A stretch of 64,000 nucleotides of DNA from Pseudomonadota bacterium (GCA_016705325.1 JADIYJ010000034.1:9685-73684); one strand, 5' to 3'; counted from the first letter of the stretch, positions 31,764-41,795 are shown. Program-made: numbers and translations. Notes: generated from the sequence alone by a model not told the origin.

Positions 31764-32720
31764 CTATTTCCGGACGGCGTCTTGTGCGCGCCGGCAACCC
31801 GTCAGCAGCCCCCACCCATCGCGTTCCCTGGTCAGGCCGACATCAAACCACGGCCGGTAAGCGGCTGTCACGGCATCTGCCTGCTCGACCAGCAGTCCGC
31901 TGAGGGCGATTCGACCACCGACGCGGGTTCTCGCGGCCAGGAGGGGCGCCAGTTCGACCAGTGGGCCGGCCAGGATATTGGCCAGCAGCACGTCGACCTC
32001 GGCCTGTCCGGCCTCCCGGTCGGCCGTGACCCGGATGCGGTCGGGTACGCCATTGCGTTCGGCATTCTCCCGCGTTGCCCGCAGGGCCTGGGGATCGATG
32101 TCCATGGCGACGGCCCGGCGGGCGCCCAGGCGCAATGCCGCGATCGCCAGGATGCCGGAACCGCAGCCGTAATCGATGACGTCCGCGCCGGCGAGCCACG
32201 GTCCGCCGCCGTCGTTACCGGTTGCGGCGCCAGAATCGAGCCACTCGAGACAGAGCGCGGTGGTCGCGTGCGTGCCGGTGCCGAAGGCGAGTCCCGGATC
32301 GAGTTCGAGCAGGACCACGTCGGCGTTGGGCCCGATTGCCTCCGCATCTGGGCGCTGGCCGCCGGGACACACCCACAGTCGCCGCCCGAACCGCATCGGC
32401 TTGAAATCCTTGAGCCACTCACGTTCCCAGACGCGGTCGGCGAGGGACTCGAACCGGGCCGTCAGGGCGATGAGCAGGGGGTCGAGACCGTGCACCGAAC
32501 CGAGCGCAGCGCGCAGTTGATCAGCGTCGGCATCCGCCGCGAAGACGGCTCGCACGACGATCGTCGGCCAGAGTGGCATGGCGCCGGGCGCTGGCTCGAG
32601 GACCGGATCGTCGGCTGCGTCGAGCAGCGTGACGGACAGTGCGCCCAGTTCGAACAACGCGTCTTCGTACGGCTCGGGATCGTGCGTGCCGACGTCGAGG
32701 CTCAGTTGCAGGAAGGGCAT
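31764..32720 (-). CDS. prmA: Ribosomal protein L11 methyltransferase
   Basis: WEREWLKDFKPMRFGRRLWVCP, LDPGLAFGTGTHATT and IDYGCGSGILAIAA. Confidence 0.92.
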   Translation of the reverse strand: MPFLQLSLDVGTHDPEPYEDALFELGALSVTLLDAADDPVLEPAPGAMPLWPTIVVRAVFAADADADQLRAALGSVHGLDPLLIALTARFESLADRVWEREWLKDFKPMRFGRRLWVCPGGQRPDAEAIGPNADVVLLELDPGLAFGTGTHATTALCLEWLDSGAATGNDGGGPWLAGADVIDYGCGSGILAIAALRLGARRAVAMDIDPQALRATRENAERNGVPDRIRVTADREAGQAEVDVLLANILAGPLVELAPLLAARTRVGGRIALSGLLVEQADAVTAAYRPWFDVGLTRERDGWGLLTGCRRAQDAVRK

Positions 32721-32766
32721 GCGATCAGTCTAGTGCGTTTTTCGAGGTGCAGACAGCGGGCTGCAG

Positions 32767-32840
32767 GCGCCGTGTCCGGTGTCCTTTCCGGCGAGCGGAA
32801 AGGCAGACACGCTCGCCGGAAAGGACACCGGACACGGCGC
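32767..32840. repeat. REP-like palindromic element C
   Basis: 30-nt arms gcgccgtgtccggtgtcctttccggcgagc and its perfect complement around the core ggaaaggcagacac. It lies 47 nt upstream of the prmA start, at the left edge of the accessory block. Confidence 0.9.
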
Positions 32841-33172
32841 TCGACATGCCGCGCCTGAGCGATCTCGGAAACGCAGAGCGTCGCTCTCGCGCCGTCTGCG
32901 TTTTACTAGATCGCACGGCGCAAGTGGCGTCAACAGGTGCAAACGAGACGAGCGCCGATGGCCTCAGCGTGCTTTCGTCAGACACGGCGGGCAGTGGTAG
33001 GGCACGGGCATCGAACCGGTGTGATCGGCGCTACACGGCCTTAACTGAAAAGACCTCTCGAGCAAGCACGAACACGCTGGCGTGTGACCTGCGCGTAAAT
33101 CGTCAACGAAGTCCGGAGCGCCCCTGAGGAATCGGCGGCTCGTTCTCAGCCGGAATCCGCCACGTCACGCAG

Positions 33173-33736
33173 TCAGGCAGGGTCATTCACGGTCAGCGAT
33201 TTGTAGCCGATGGTAACCAGGCGACGGCTCGAGAATCCCTTCAAGACACGGCTGAACGTATTCCTGGAGACGTTGCAGAGCATCGCGATTTCGGCCTGCG
33301 ACGCGGGAATTTCGGTCGACAGATTTGCGTATGGGCCCGACGCCCAACGCTGGCCGGCCAGGCGACGTCGCAGAAGTTGTCGCAGATCGTCGCCGGGCAC
33401 GCGGCGCAGTTCTGTGTCGCTCCTCGCGACTGCGCTGATGCGACGGTGACCCCGTTCGACAATCCTGGGAAAGGTACCAAACCAGTCTCCGGGCCACAGC
33501 ATCTGCAGCAGCACCGCATCCGAGTGGGTGAACCTGCACTGCATGGAGACCACTCCGCAGGCGACACCAAACACGTCAGTCCCGACATCGCTCGCCTGCA
33601 AGAGCACGCTGCCGGCGGCACGGGATTTCGGGCGGGCCAATGCGAGGAGGTCGCGCCTGAAGTGCGGATGGCTGTCTGCGAACCACCCGCGGATCGGGAC
33701 ACCGGCTGGAACGCTCGTGACACGGGCCTTGGCCAT
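33173..33736 (-). CDS. Crp/Fnr-family transcriptional regulator (short form)
   Basis: A cNMP-binding-like N-terminal part (LWPGDWFGTFPRIVERGHRRISAVARSDTELRRV) and the C-terminal HTH IPASQAEIAMLCNVSRNTFSRVLKGF. At 187 aa it is shorter than typical Crp proteins. Divergent from the sulfatase-like gene. Confidence 0.75.
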   Translation of the reverse strand: MAKARVTSVPAGVPIRGWFADSHPHFRRDLLALARPKSRAAGSVLLQASDVGTDVFGVACGVVSMQCRFTHSDAVLLQMLWPGDWFGTFPRIVERGHRRISAVARSDTELRRVPGDDLRQLLRRRLAGQRWASGPYANLSTEIPASQAEIAMLCNVSRNTFSRVLKGFSSRRLVTIGYKSLTVNDPA

Positions 33737-33876
33737 GCTGACTCACCGCCCGAAGTCACTGGGCGCCACCGCAATTGTGCCATCTTGGGCAAAGGGCGCA
33801 GATGCGCCGTGCTATATGGTGCCGCCGTCCATGGGGCAGTGAGACGCCCCACATCCCGAACCCCGAGGGACCCGCC

Positions 33877-35724
33877 ATGAGTAGCCGTGTTCTTGCGATC
33901 CTGATCTGTGCATCCATTGCAGTTGTCTCGTCCGTCGGCGCTCGCGCCCAGTCGACGGCGTCCTGGAGCAGCCCGTCGCTCCGCAACGAAACCGTCGTCG
34001 GGCCCAACGGCGCGGTCACGACGAGCACGGCGCTGCTCGCCAATGACAAGTGGGGGATCGGCGACCGAAAGCGCGTCGAGCAAGTGACCGACGGCGTCTA
34101 CGCGATGCGCGGCTGGGGAATCGCCAGCAGCTTCGCGATCGACGCCCCTGGCGGCTGGATCATCGTCGACACCGGCGACTACACGCAGGCCGCGGCGGAG
34201 ATGCGCGCCATGCTCGAGCAGACGCTCGGCCACAAGGTCAAGGTGGCCGCTATCCTTCTGACCCATTGGCACTACGGCAACGGCACCGGTGCCTGGCTCG
34301 ACGAAGGTACCGAGGTCTGGGGCCACGAGTACCTGGACCGCAACCGCAATACTTCGAGCGGTATCAGCGTGCTGAGCGGCATCTACCAGGCGCGTGCGGC
34401 CGCGCAGTTCGGCGTGTTTCACCCACGTAGCGGGCCCGACGCGTTCCCCAACCAGCTCGGCTTCCCGCCGGAGAAGCTGCTGGCGGGCTCCAGCTACCAG
34501 CCACCGACACAGCTGTTCCCGCACGGGCGCGTCGAAGACGTGGTCGTCGCCGGCGAGCCGGTGCAGGTCGCTCCTGCCCGCTCGGACACGAGCGACAGCG
34601 TCGGCTTTTACTTTCCGCGCAAGCGCATGATCGTGATCAACTTCATGGTGCCGGGCGGCATCTTCAACGTGTACACGCTGCGCGGCGGTCCCTATCGCAA
34701 TCCGTCGGTCTTCATCGAGGACGCGCGCTGGATTGAGTCGAAGAACGCCGAGATCCTGCTCGACATCCACGGCCCGACGCTGAAGGGCGAGGACGCCGTG
34801 CGCGACGCCGTGCAACGCTCCGTGGACGGCGTGCAGCTGATCCACGACCAGACGCTGCGCCTGATTTCGCATGGCCTGGACGGGCGACGGGCGGCCGAAC
34901 AGGTATACATGCCAGGCAACCTGCGCGGGGACTGGGAGAACTACGGCCAGGTCGAGAGTCACGTCCGGCAGGTCTACAACGGCACGCTCGGCTGGTTCGG
35001 CGGCGACGTCTACGACATCAATCCGCTGTCCGAGCATGAAGAAGCGGCGCGCACCGTGCAGATGATGGGCGGCCAGGCCGCGGTCCATGAGGCCGCCGCC
35101 AACGCCAACGCGCAGGGCGGGCTCGCCAACTGGCGGTGGACGCTCCGGCTGACTTCGCTGCTGCTGGACCTCGACGCAAACGACGCCGAGGCACGCACGC
35201 TGCGCGCGGCGGCGGCGCGGCAGCTCGGTCAGCGCACCTCGTCGGCCAACGCGCGCGGCTTCTACCTGACGGAGGCACTGCAGATCGAAGGCGGGATGAA
35301 GGCCGCGGGTCAGCCGGTGACGCTCGACGGGATCCGTCGGTTCCTAGGCACGCCCACAGCGCAGGCGCTCGCCGCGGCGTCCGTGGACGAGAACCTGCAG
35401 TTCGTGCGCTACCTCGTCGATCCGCGCAAGGCCGAGGGGCTGCGCCAGTCCTTCACGCTCGCCGTCGACGGCGACCCGCGCATCCGGCGGCTCGATCTGC
35501 GCAACGGCGTGCTCGTGATTGCGGATGCGAGTGCAGCGGCGCCGTCGCACTTCCAGCTCACGCGACAGGAACTCGCCGCGTTCGTGCTCGGCACGCGCTC
35601 ACCGTCGACCGCGGACGCACTGACTCAGCTCGACCGCGTGCTTGATCGAAGCCATCTCATGCCCCCCGGCGCGGTGGAGTCCGTGATGAAGGGAATGAAG
35701 ATGGGCGGCGACGCCGAGCACTAG
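33877..35724 (+). CDS. Alkyl/aryl-sulfatase-like protein (MBL fold + dimerisation + SCP2-like C-terminal domain) with non-canonical metal motif
   Basis: Signal peptide, then VTDGVYAMRGWGIASSFAIDAPGGWIIVDTG, LLTHWHYGNG where HxHxDH is expected, a central helical region (WRWTLRLTSLLLDLDANDAEARTLRAAAARQLG...ANARGFYLTEAL) and a C-terminal SCP2-like part, as in the SdsA1 family. Confidence 0.75.
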   Translation: MSSRVLAILICASIAVVSSVGARAQSTASWSSPSLRNETVVGPNGAVTTSTALLANDKWGIGDRKRVEQVTDGVYAMRGWGIASSFAIDAPGGWIIVDTGDYTQAAAEMRAMLEQTLGHKVKVAAILLTHWHYGNGTGAWLDEGTEVWGHEYLDRNRNTSSGISVLSGIYQARAAAQFGVFHPRSGPDAFPNQLGFPPEKLLAGSSYQPPTQLFPHGRVEDVVVAGEPVQVAPARSDTSDSVGFYFPRKRMIVINFMVPGGIFNVYTLRGGPYRNPSVFIEDARWIESKNAEILLDIHGPTLKGEDAVRDAVQRSVDGVQLIHDQTLRLISHGLDGRRAAEQVYMPGNLRGDWENYGQVESHVRQVYNGTLGWFGGDVYDINPLSEHEEAARTVQMMGGQAAVHEAAANANAQGGLANWRWTLRLTSLLLDLDANDAEARTLRAAAARQLGQRTSSANARGFYLTEALQIEGGMKAAGQPVTLDGIRRFLGTPTAQALAAASVDENLQFVRYLVDPRKAEGLRQSFTLAVDGDPRIRRLDLRNGVLVIADASAAAPSHFQLTRQELAAFVLGTRSPSTADALTQLDRVLDRSHLMPPGAVESVMKGMKMGGDAEH

Positions 35725-35797
35725 CCGCGCTCGGCCGGTGCTCGGCGCCACACGCACGTTGCTTCTTGAACCACCTGGGGACAGGACCAGCCAAGCC

Positions 35798-36634
35798 ATG
35801 AGTCACGCAAGTCCAACCGTCCGGATCGCCTGCACCGGCGCCGTCCTGCTGTGTGCCATCGTGCCGGCCGCGCCGGCATCCGCGGACGAAGCAGCCGAGG
35901 CGGACGAGGCCAGCCTCGCGATGCAGCTGTCCAATCCGGTCGCGGCGCTGATCAGCGTGCCGCTGCAGCTCAACTACGATCAGGACATCGGGCCTGCGGA
36001 TGAAGGGGATCGCTGGCTGCTCAATGTTCAGCCCGTCATTCCGTTTGACCTGAGCGATGACTGGAATCTGATTTCGCGCACGATCCTTCCGGTCGTGCGC
36101 CAGTCGGACATCTTCCCGGGCTCCGACACGCAGACCGGGGTCGGCGACGTCGTGCAGAGCCTCTTCTTCTCGCCCAAGGCGCCGACGGCCTCGGGCTGGA
36201 TCTGGGGCGCCGGGCCGGTGCTGCTGCTGCCGACGGGTTCGAACGACCTGCTGACGACCGACAAGTGGGGCGCGGGTCCGACGGCCGTGGTGCTCAAGCA
36301 GTCGAACGGCTGGACGCGTGGCATGCTGGTCAATCACATCTGGTCGTACGCCGGCGGCGACGATCGTGCCGACGTCAATGCCACTTTCATGCAACCGTTC
36401 CTCACGTTCACGACGCCGACGCAGTGGACCTTCGCCCTCAATACCGAGTCGAGCTACGACTGGGAGAACGAGCAGTGGTCGGTGCCCGTCAATGTCAGCG
36501 CTTCGAAGCTGACGCGGATCGGCAAGCAGCTGGTCAGCCTGGGCGGCGGCGTTCGGTACTGGGTCGACAGCCCGGACAGTGGCGCGGAAGGCTTCGGGCT
36601 GCGCTTCACGATGACGCTGCTGTTCCCGCGCTAG
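35798..36634 (+). CDS. Putative outer-membrane beta-barrel protein (transporter-like, phenol-degradation MetA-like family)
   Basis: Signal peptide ending AAPASA, then LSNPVAALISVPLQLNYD...LNVQPVIPF...GVGDV...WGAGP... and a C-terminal ...TLLFPR. Family assignment is from memory. Confidence 0.55.
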   Translation: MSHASPTVRIACTGAVLLCAIVPAAPASADEAAEADEASLAMQLSNPVAALISVPLQLNYDQDIGPADEGDRWLLNVQPVIPFDLSDDWNLISRTILPVVRQSDIFPGSDTQTGVGDVVQSLFFSPKAPTASGWIWGAGPVLLLPTGSNDLLTTDKWGAGPTAVVLKQSNGWTRGMLVNHIWSYAGGDDRADVNATFMQPFLTFTTPTQWTFALNTESSYDWENEQWSVPVNVSASKLTRIGKQLVSLGGGVRYWVDSPDSGAEGFGLRFTMTLLFPR

Positions 36635-36644
36635 AGGATCAATC

Positions 36645-37967
36645 ATGACCGAGGTACGCAAGGCAGTACTGGTCGGCTCAGTGACGGCCACCTTCGCGGC
36701 GACCGCGCTGTTCGCCGGCACTGCACAGGCCGGCGGGCTCCTGCTCTACGAGTTCGGCACGGCCGAGCCCGGGCTCGCCGCGGCCGGCTATGCCGCACGC
36801 GCGCAAGACGCATCGACAGCGTTCACCAACCCGGCCGGCATGACGCAACTCGACGGCACGCAAGTGCTCGTGGGCGGCCAGCTGATGTGGCTGAACACGC
36901 AGTTCTCGGTCGATGGCGCCACCTCGCCGGGCCTCGGCAGCAGCGACGGCGGTCGCGTGTATGGCTCGGACGGGCACGTCCCGGGCGGCGGTGCCTTCCT
37001 GACACACCGCGTGTCGCCCGATCTCGCGCTGGGTTTCGCCGTGGCGGGCAACTTCGGCTCCATGCTGGACTACGACGACGACTGGGTGGGTCGCTACCGC
37101 GTGCAGGACGCCGACCTCGTCGGCGTTTCCGTCGTGCCGTCGATCGCGTATCGCGTGAATGACAAGCTGTCGCTCGGCGCGGGCATCAACGGCATGTACG
37201 GCATGTTCGACCAGCGGGTTGCGATCAACAACGCATTGCCGTCGCTGGGCGATGGTCAGCTCGAGATCGACGACGACACCTGGGGCTGGGGTGGCAATGT
37301 CGGTGTGCTGTACGAGCCGGCGCCAGGCACGCGCCTCGGGCTCACCTACACCTCGGCGATCGACCTCGATTTCAGCGGTCGAGCGAAGTTCTCCGGGATC
37401 GGCCCGATCCTGACCGCGCTGCTGCGGTCGCGCGGCCTGCTCGATGCGCGCGTGGATGTTGGCGCCAAGGTGCCGCAGCAGGTGATGGGGAGCGTGTACA
37501 CCGATATCGATGACCGTTGGGCCCTGATGGGCAACGTCGGCTGGCAGGACTGGTCGGAGTTCGGCGAGACAGAGATCGGCATCGACAATGCGCAGAACCC
37601 GACCAGCCTCACCAATCCGCTTTCGTTCGACGACACCTGGCACGTCGCAGTGGGCGCGCAGTACCACACGAACGATCAGTGGAAGGTGAACGTCGGCCTC
37701 GCCTACGATTCGGGCTTCCAGGACGGCAACGACGTCTCGCCGCTGTTCCCGGTCAATTCCGCGTGGCGATTCGGCATCGGCGGCGAGCGCCAGGCCAGCG
37801 AATCGTTCAAGTGGGGATTCACGACGGCGCTGCTCTACGGCGGTAACATGGATGTCGACAAGCGCAGCGCGCTGCCCCCGGTGCTCGGCGGGCGCGGCAA
37901 TCTGGTGGGCTCGTACGACCAGTCGCTGGCCGTCGTGCTGACCGTGTACGGCAACTGGACACTGTGA
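36645..37967 (+). CDS. OmpP1/FadL/TodX-family outer-membrane transporter for hydrophobic compounds
   Basis: Signal peptide ...FAGTAQA, then GGLLLYEFGTAEPGLAAAGYAARAQDASTAFTNPAGM and a beta-strand-rich 440-aa protein. Confidence 0.8.
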   Translation: MTEVRKAVLVGSVTATFAATALFAGTAQAGGLLLYEFGTAEPGLAAAGYAARAQDASTAFTNPAGMTQLDGTQVLVGGQLMWLNTQFSVDGATSPGLGSSDGGRVYGSDGHVPGGGAFLTHRVSPDLALGFAVAGNFGSMLDYDDDWVGRYRVQDADLVGVSVVPSIAYRVNDKLSLGAGINGMYGMFDQRVAINNALPSLGDGQLEIDDDTWGWGGNVGVLYEPAPGTRLGLTYTSAIDLDFSGRAKFSGIGPILTALLRSRGLLDARVDVGAKVPQQVMGSVYTDIDDRWALMGNVGWQDWSEFGETEIGIDNAQNPTSLTNPLSFDDTWHVAVGAQYHTNDQWKVNVGLAYDSGFQDGNDVSPLFPVNSAWRFGIGGERQASESFKWGFTTALLYGGNMDVDKRSALPPVLGGRGNLVGSYDQSLAVVLTVYGNWTL

Positions 37968-38026
37968 CCGGGCGCGTGTCCGCCAGGCACCAAGATCAGT
38001 CAGCACGCTGCTGACAGGAGACCTTC

Positions 38027-39151
38027 ATGACGCTTCGAATCCCCGGACTGTTCCTCGTCGTCGCCCTGCTCGGCGCGTGCTCTGGCGAGAAGCCCCAGCC
38101 GCCCCCTGAGGCAGACGTCGTCGACATGCACAACAGCCGGAACTCCCTGGACTGGAGCGGCGTGTACGAGGGCATCGTGGCCTGCCAGGACTGCCCCGGA
38201 ACCCAGATGCGGCTCACGCTCGGCCAGGACGGTCGTTTCGAATTCGGCCGACGCGCCCTGGTCCGCGGCGCTGCACCTGCCTCCGCGAAGGGTCAGTTCA
38301 CGTGGCAGCCGGATGGCAACACCATCGTCCTCGATGCCAACGGCGGCGACCAGCGTTTCGCCGTCGGCGAGGGACGCGTCATCGTGCTCAACAGCGATGG
38401 CTCGCGCCCCGATGCGGCCGCTGCCTCCCTGCTCCGGCTCGAGTCGGTCCAGCCGGATGCGCGAACCGGTCTGGCCGGGATGCTCGAGGATCACCGCTGG
38501 ACCCTGTCGAGCGCCACGGGCGTCGGCAACAAGCCCATGGCCAGCCTGTTTCCCTCGGCCGACCGCCCCTTCGTCTTCAGCTTCGCCGGGTCGCGGCTCC
38601 ACGTCGAGGGCGGCTGCAACGGCCTGCGCGGCGGCTATCAGCTGGGCGCCGACGGCCTGCTGACCCTGGGCCAGGTCGCCAGTACCCGGATGGCCTGCGA
38701 CCCGCCGCTGATGGCCGCCGACAAGGTCCTGGCCGGCCTGCTGGCGGCGCCGGTGGAACTGGTGCTGGTGGCGGGGCCGGAGCCGACGCTCGCCGTGCTG
38801 GCCGCCTCCGGCGAGACCCTGCTGCTCACCGGACAGCTGACGCCGGAAGCGCGGTATGGTCAGCCCACCACGGTCTTCCTCGAAGTCGGCCCGCAGCGGC
38901 TCGCCTGCGACCACTCCCCCAGCGGCGATGGCCTGTGCCTGCAGGTTCGCGAGATCGCCTTCGACGACAAGGGCCTGCGCGTGGGGAGCCCCGGCGGGTT
39001 CCAGGCCTTCTCCGGGATCATCGAGGGATACACACACCAAGCGGGCACGCGCAACGTGCTGCGAGTCAAGCGCTTCCAGCCTGCCGGTGCCCAAAGCGGC
39101 GCGGTCTTCGTCCTGGACCTGACGGTCGAATCGGAAACGATGGCGGAGTAA
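38027..39151 (+). CDS. Lipoprotein with NlpE-N-like CxxC segment, META (HslJ-like) domain and DUF4377-like C-terminal domain
   Basis: Lipobox LLGACSG, the NlpE-N-like YEGIVACQDCPGTQMRLTL, META signatures W.L and GGCNGLRGGY...TRMAC, and a C-terminal part C..SPSGDGLCLQV...IEGYTHQAG. Confidence 0.7.
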   Translation: MTLRIPGLFLVVALLGACSGEKPQPPPEADVVDMHNSRNSLDWSGVYEGIVACQDCPGTQMRLTLGQDGRFEFGRRALVRGAAPASAKGQFTWQPDGNTIVLDANGGDQRFAVGEGRVIVLNSDGSRPDAAAASLLRLESVQPDARTGLAGMLEDHRWTLSSATGVGNKPMASLFPSADRPFVFSFAGSRLHVEGGCNGLRGGYQLGADGLLTLGQVASTRMACDPPLMAADKVLAGLLAAPVELVLVAGPEPTLAVLAASGETLLLTGQLTPEARYGQPTTVFLEVGPQRLACDHSPSGDGLCLQVREIAFDDKGLRVGSPGGFQAFSGIIEGYTHQAGTRNVLRVKRFQPAGAQSGAVFVLDLTVESETMAE

Positions 39152-39154
39152 CCG

Positions 39155-40309
39155 GCCGGGGCTGCAGGCGCCGGCGGTTCCGCTCGGTTGGCGAGGCTCA
39201 GGCTGCTGCCCTTCTGCTTCGGCGGGTACTGCTGCAGGGTCGCCATGTGTCGTCCGAGCCGATCCATGACATCGTTGTGCAGTCACGTCTTCTGCTGCGT
39301 GATCGTCGCGCACGAAGAAGCGGGCCTTCCACTGGTTGATGCGGATCGCCTGGAGCCGGGATTCTGCGTAGTAGAGGTATTCGTCCCGGGCGGATTCGTC
39401 CGTCTTGCCGGTCCAGTAGTCGAGATTGTCGACCCCGTCGATGTAGTTCCTGTGCTCCACGTCGGTGCCGAGCCTGTCACCTGCGGCGATCCGCTCACGG
39501 ATGTCGGGCACACCGGCGGCCGCGGACAGCGTCGTGCTGGATCATGCCGGCGCCGTAGAGATCGTGGTAGCTCGTGAACTCGCGTGCTTTCTTCCGGTAC
39601 TGCTCTGGGACCCGCGTGAAGACGTGCATGCGGCTGGTCGCGAACCAGACGAAGAACGGTTGGCCTCCGCTTGCGCCTTGTCCATGAACTTGATGCCCGC
39701 CTGGATGAATTCTCCATCGACATTCTCCATGCGCTGGCGCGTCAACGGGCCGGTGTCGACGATTCGTTGCTTGCCGATCCTGCCGAAGCGGGGGTCGATG
39801 GTCTCATCCACGGTGTCGGTGGCCCAGGCGTGCAAGACCCCGCGAGGTCCGAATCGTTTCTTGAACTCGGGATCGCGCGGGTAGTCCTCGTCCTCAGGCT
39901 CCTCCTCGGTGTTCAGGTGGTACAGGTTGCCGAAGAACTCGTCGAATCCGTGCACCGTCGGCAGGTGCTCGTTGCGGTCACCCAGGTGGTTCTTGCCGAA
40001 CTGCCCGGTGGCGTAGCCCTGCGTCTTCAATACTTCCGCAAGCGTGGCGTCCTGGGCCTGCAGGCCGACCGGCCCACCGACCATGCCCACCGACGTCAGG
40101 CCGGTGCGGATGGGATACATGCCCGTGATGAACGCGGCTCACCCGGCGGTGCAGGACGGATGCGCGTAGTGGTCGGTGAACACCGCGCCTTCGTTCGCAA
40201 TGCGATCGATGTTCGGCTTCTTCGATGGCGCCGCCTCGGCAGGGCCGGCCAGCAGGCCGGCGAATGCCAGTGCTGCGATCATCAGTCGGCCAACGGGTCG
40301 GGTGGGCAT
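39155..40309 (-). pseudogene. Arylsulfatase (formylglycine-dependent, type I) pseudogene remnant
   Basis: The minus strand reads [72 protein letters not shown]. Further family blocks ([36 protein letters not shown]...HRNYIDGVDNLDYWTGK..., LQQYPPKQKGSSLSL) are scattered over three frames with large blocks missing. The 3' limit is approximate. Confidence 0.8.
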
Positions 40310-40321
40310 GGGTGACTCCTC

Positions 40322-41779
40322 TCAGGACTTGAGCCGCAGCATCAGGTTGAGCAACTTGAATGCCCCCTTGTCGTAGGGCGGCAGCAACAGGTTCAACGGC
40401 CGGATCGGTCCTTGCCGGAAGATCGGCCGCATCTTCGAGAACGTCGTGAATCCCTCGTAGCCGTGGTAGTGGCCCATGCCGCTGTTGCCGATGCCCCCGA
40501 ACGGCAGCGCGTGCAGCCCGGCATGGATCAGGCCGTCGTTGACGCTGACGCCGCCCGACATGATGTGGGTCACGTACCAGTCCTGCAGCTGCCGGTCATT
40601 CGTGTAGATGTAGAAGGCCAGCGGATGCGGGCGCGCCCGGACGTAGTCGCGGATCTCTTCCTTCGTCCGGTAAGTCTTGATCGGCAGCAGCGGCCCGAAG
40701 ATCTCGCGCTGCAGGATCTCCATGTCGTCCGTCGGATCCAGCACGAGGTGCGGCGGGAACTTGCGCAGTGCGCGGTCCGGCACCTGGCCCTCGACGAGGT
40801 TCACCAGCCGGGCGCCCTTGCGCCGCGCGTCCTCGAGCGTCGTCTCGAGCCTGCGGTAGGACCGCTCGTCGATGATCGACGTGTAGTCGTTGCCGTTGAT
40901 GTCGGGGTAGCGCTGGCCAATGATCTCGCGCGCGATGCGCACGAAGTCGTCGACCTTGTCCTCGGGCAGGAACAGGTAGTCGACGTTGGTGCAGATCTGG
41001 CCGGCATTCAGCATCTTCACCCACATGATCCGCTCGACGGCCGTGCGGATCGGGTAGTCGGGCGCCACCACGGTCGGTGACTTGCCGCCGAGCTCGAGCG
41101 TGACCGGCGTCAGGTTGCGGGCGGCGCTGGCCATCACCGCCTTGCCCGTCTGCGGCGACCCCGTGAAGAAGATGTGATCGAACGGCAGCGTCGTGAACGC
41201 GGGTCCGCGTCCGCCGCCGTCGTCGAAGAACCTGAGTTTGTCCTCGGGCAGGTAGCGGGGCGAGATCTCCATCAGCAACCGGGCCAGGTGGCTCGAGTTC
41301 TCGGACATCTTCACCATCGCGCGGTTGCCGGCGGCGACGATGCCCGTGAGCGGAGCGAACGCCATGGAGATCGGGAAGTTCCACGGCGCCACCACGCCGA
41401 CGACGCCCACCGGCTGTGGGATCACCCTCGCGCTGGCGAACGGATACTGCGTGATGTCGAGCCGTCGCTTCTGCGGCTTCATCCACCGGCGCAGGTGCTT
41501 GATCGCGTCGAGAATGCCCTCCTGGTTGAGCAGGCACTCGGTGAACAGGGTTTCGAACCGCGAGCGGTTGCCGTAGTCGCGGTGCACGGCCTCGACCAGC
41601 GCAGCGCGATTCTCGACCAGCAACCGGTGCATGGCCCGTAGATCCGCGATCCGTTCGGCGTAGCTCGGACAAGGGTGCGCGAGAAACGCGCCGCGCTGGC
41701 GCTCGAAGCTGTCCGTGAATTCCGCCGGGACGGACGGTTCCGGCGTGGTGACATCGCTCAGCGGGGTGATGGCGTTCAT
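40322..41779 (-). CDS. Aldehyde dehydrogenase (class-3 / coniferyl- or fatty-aldehyde dehydrogenase-like)
   Basis: 485 aa with VAPWNFP, FTGSPQTGKAVM, LELGGKSP and NAGQICTNVDY (catalytic Cys), and EIFGP. Confidence 0.88.
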   Translation of the reverse strand: MNAITPLSDVTTPEPSVPAEFTDSFERQRGAFLAHPCPSYAERIADLRAMHRLLVENRAALVEAVHRDYGNRSRFETLFTECLLNQEGILDAIKHLRRWMKPQKRRLDITQYPFASARVIPQPVGVVGVVAPWNFPISMAFAPLTGIVAAGNRAMVKMSENSSHLARLLMEISPRYLPEDKLRFFDDGGGRGPAFTTLPFDHIFFTGSPQTGKAVMASAARNLTPVTLELGGKSPTVVAPDYPIRTAVERIMWVKMLNAGQICTNVDYLFLPEDKVDDFVRIAREIIGQRYPDINGNDYTSIIDERSYRRLETTLEDARRKGARLVNLVEGQVPDRALRKFPPHLVLDPTDDMEILQREIFGPLLPIKTYRTKEEIRDYVRARPHPLAFYIYTNDRQLQDWYVTHIMSGGVSVNDGLIHAGLHALPFGGIGNSGMGHYHGYEGFTTFSKMRPIFRQGPIRPLNLLLPPYDKGAFKLLNLMLRLKS

Positions 41780-41795
41780 GGTTTTTCCTCCCGAC

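Noticed and set aside
32995-33100. tRNA or tRNA 3'-fragment (possible att site) on the minus strand: ...caccGGTTCGAtgcccgtgccctaCCA
   Set aside because: A GGTTCGA T-loop-like string followed by ..CCA caught my eye at the left island boundary. The T-stem has a mismatch, no complementary acceptor 5' strand or anticodon arm could be folded in the upstream 80 nt, and no matching direct repeat was seen at the right boundary. This is insufficient support. It is worth a tRNA-scan or att-repeat search only.
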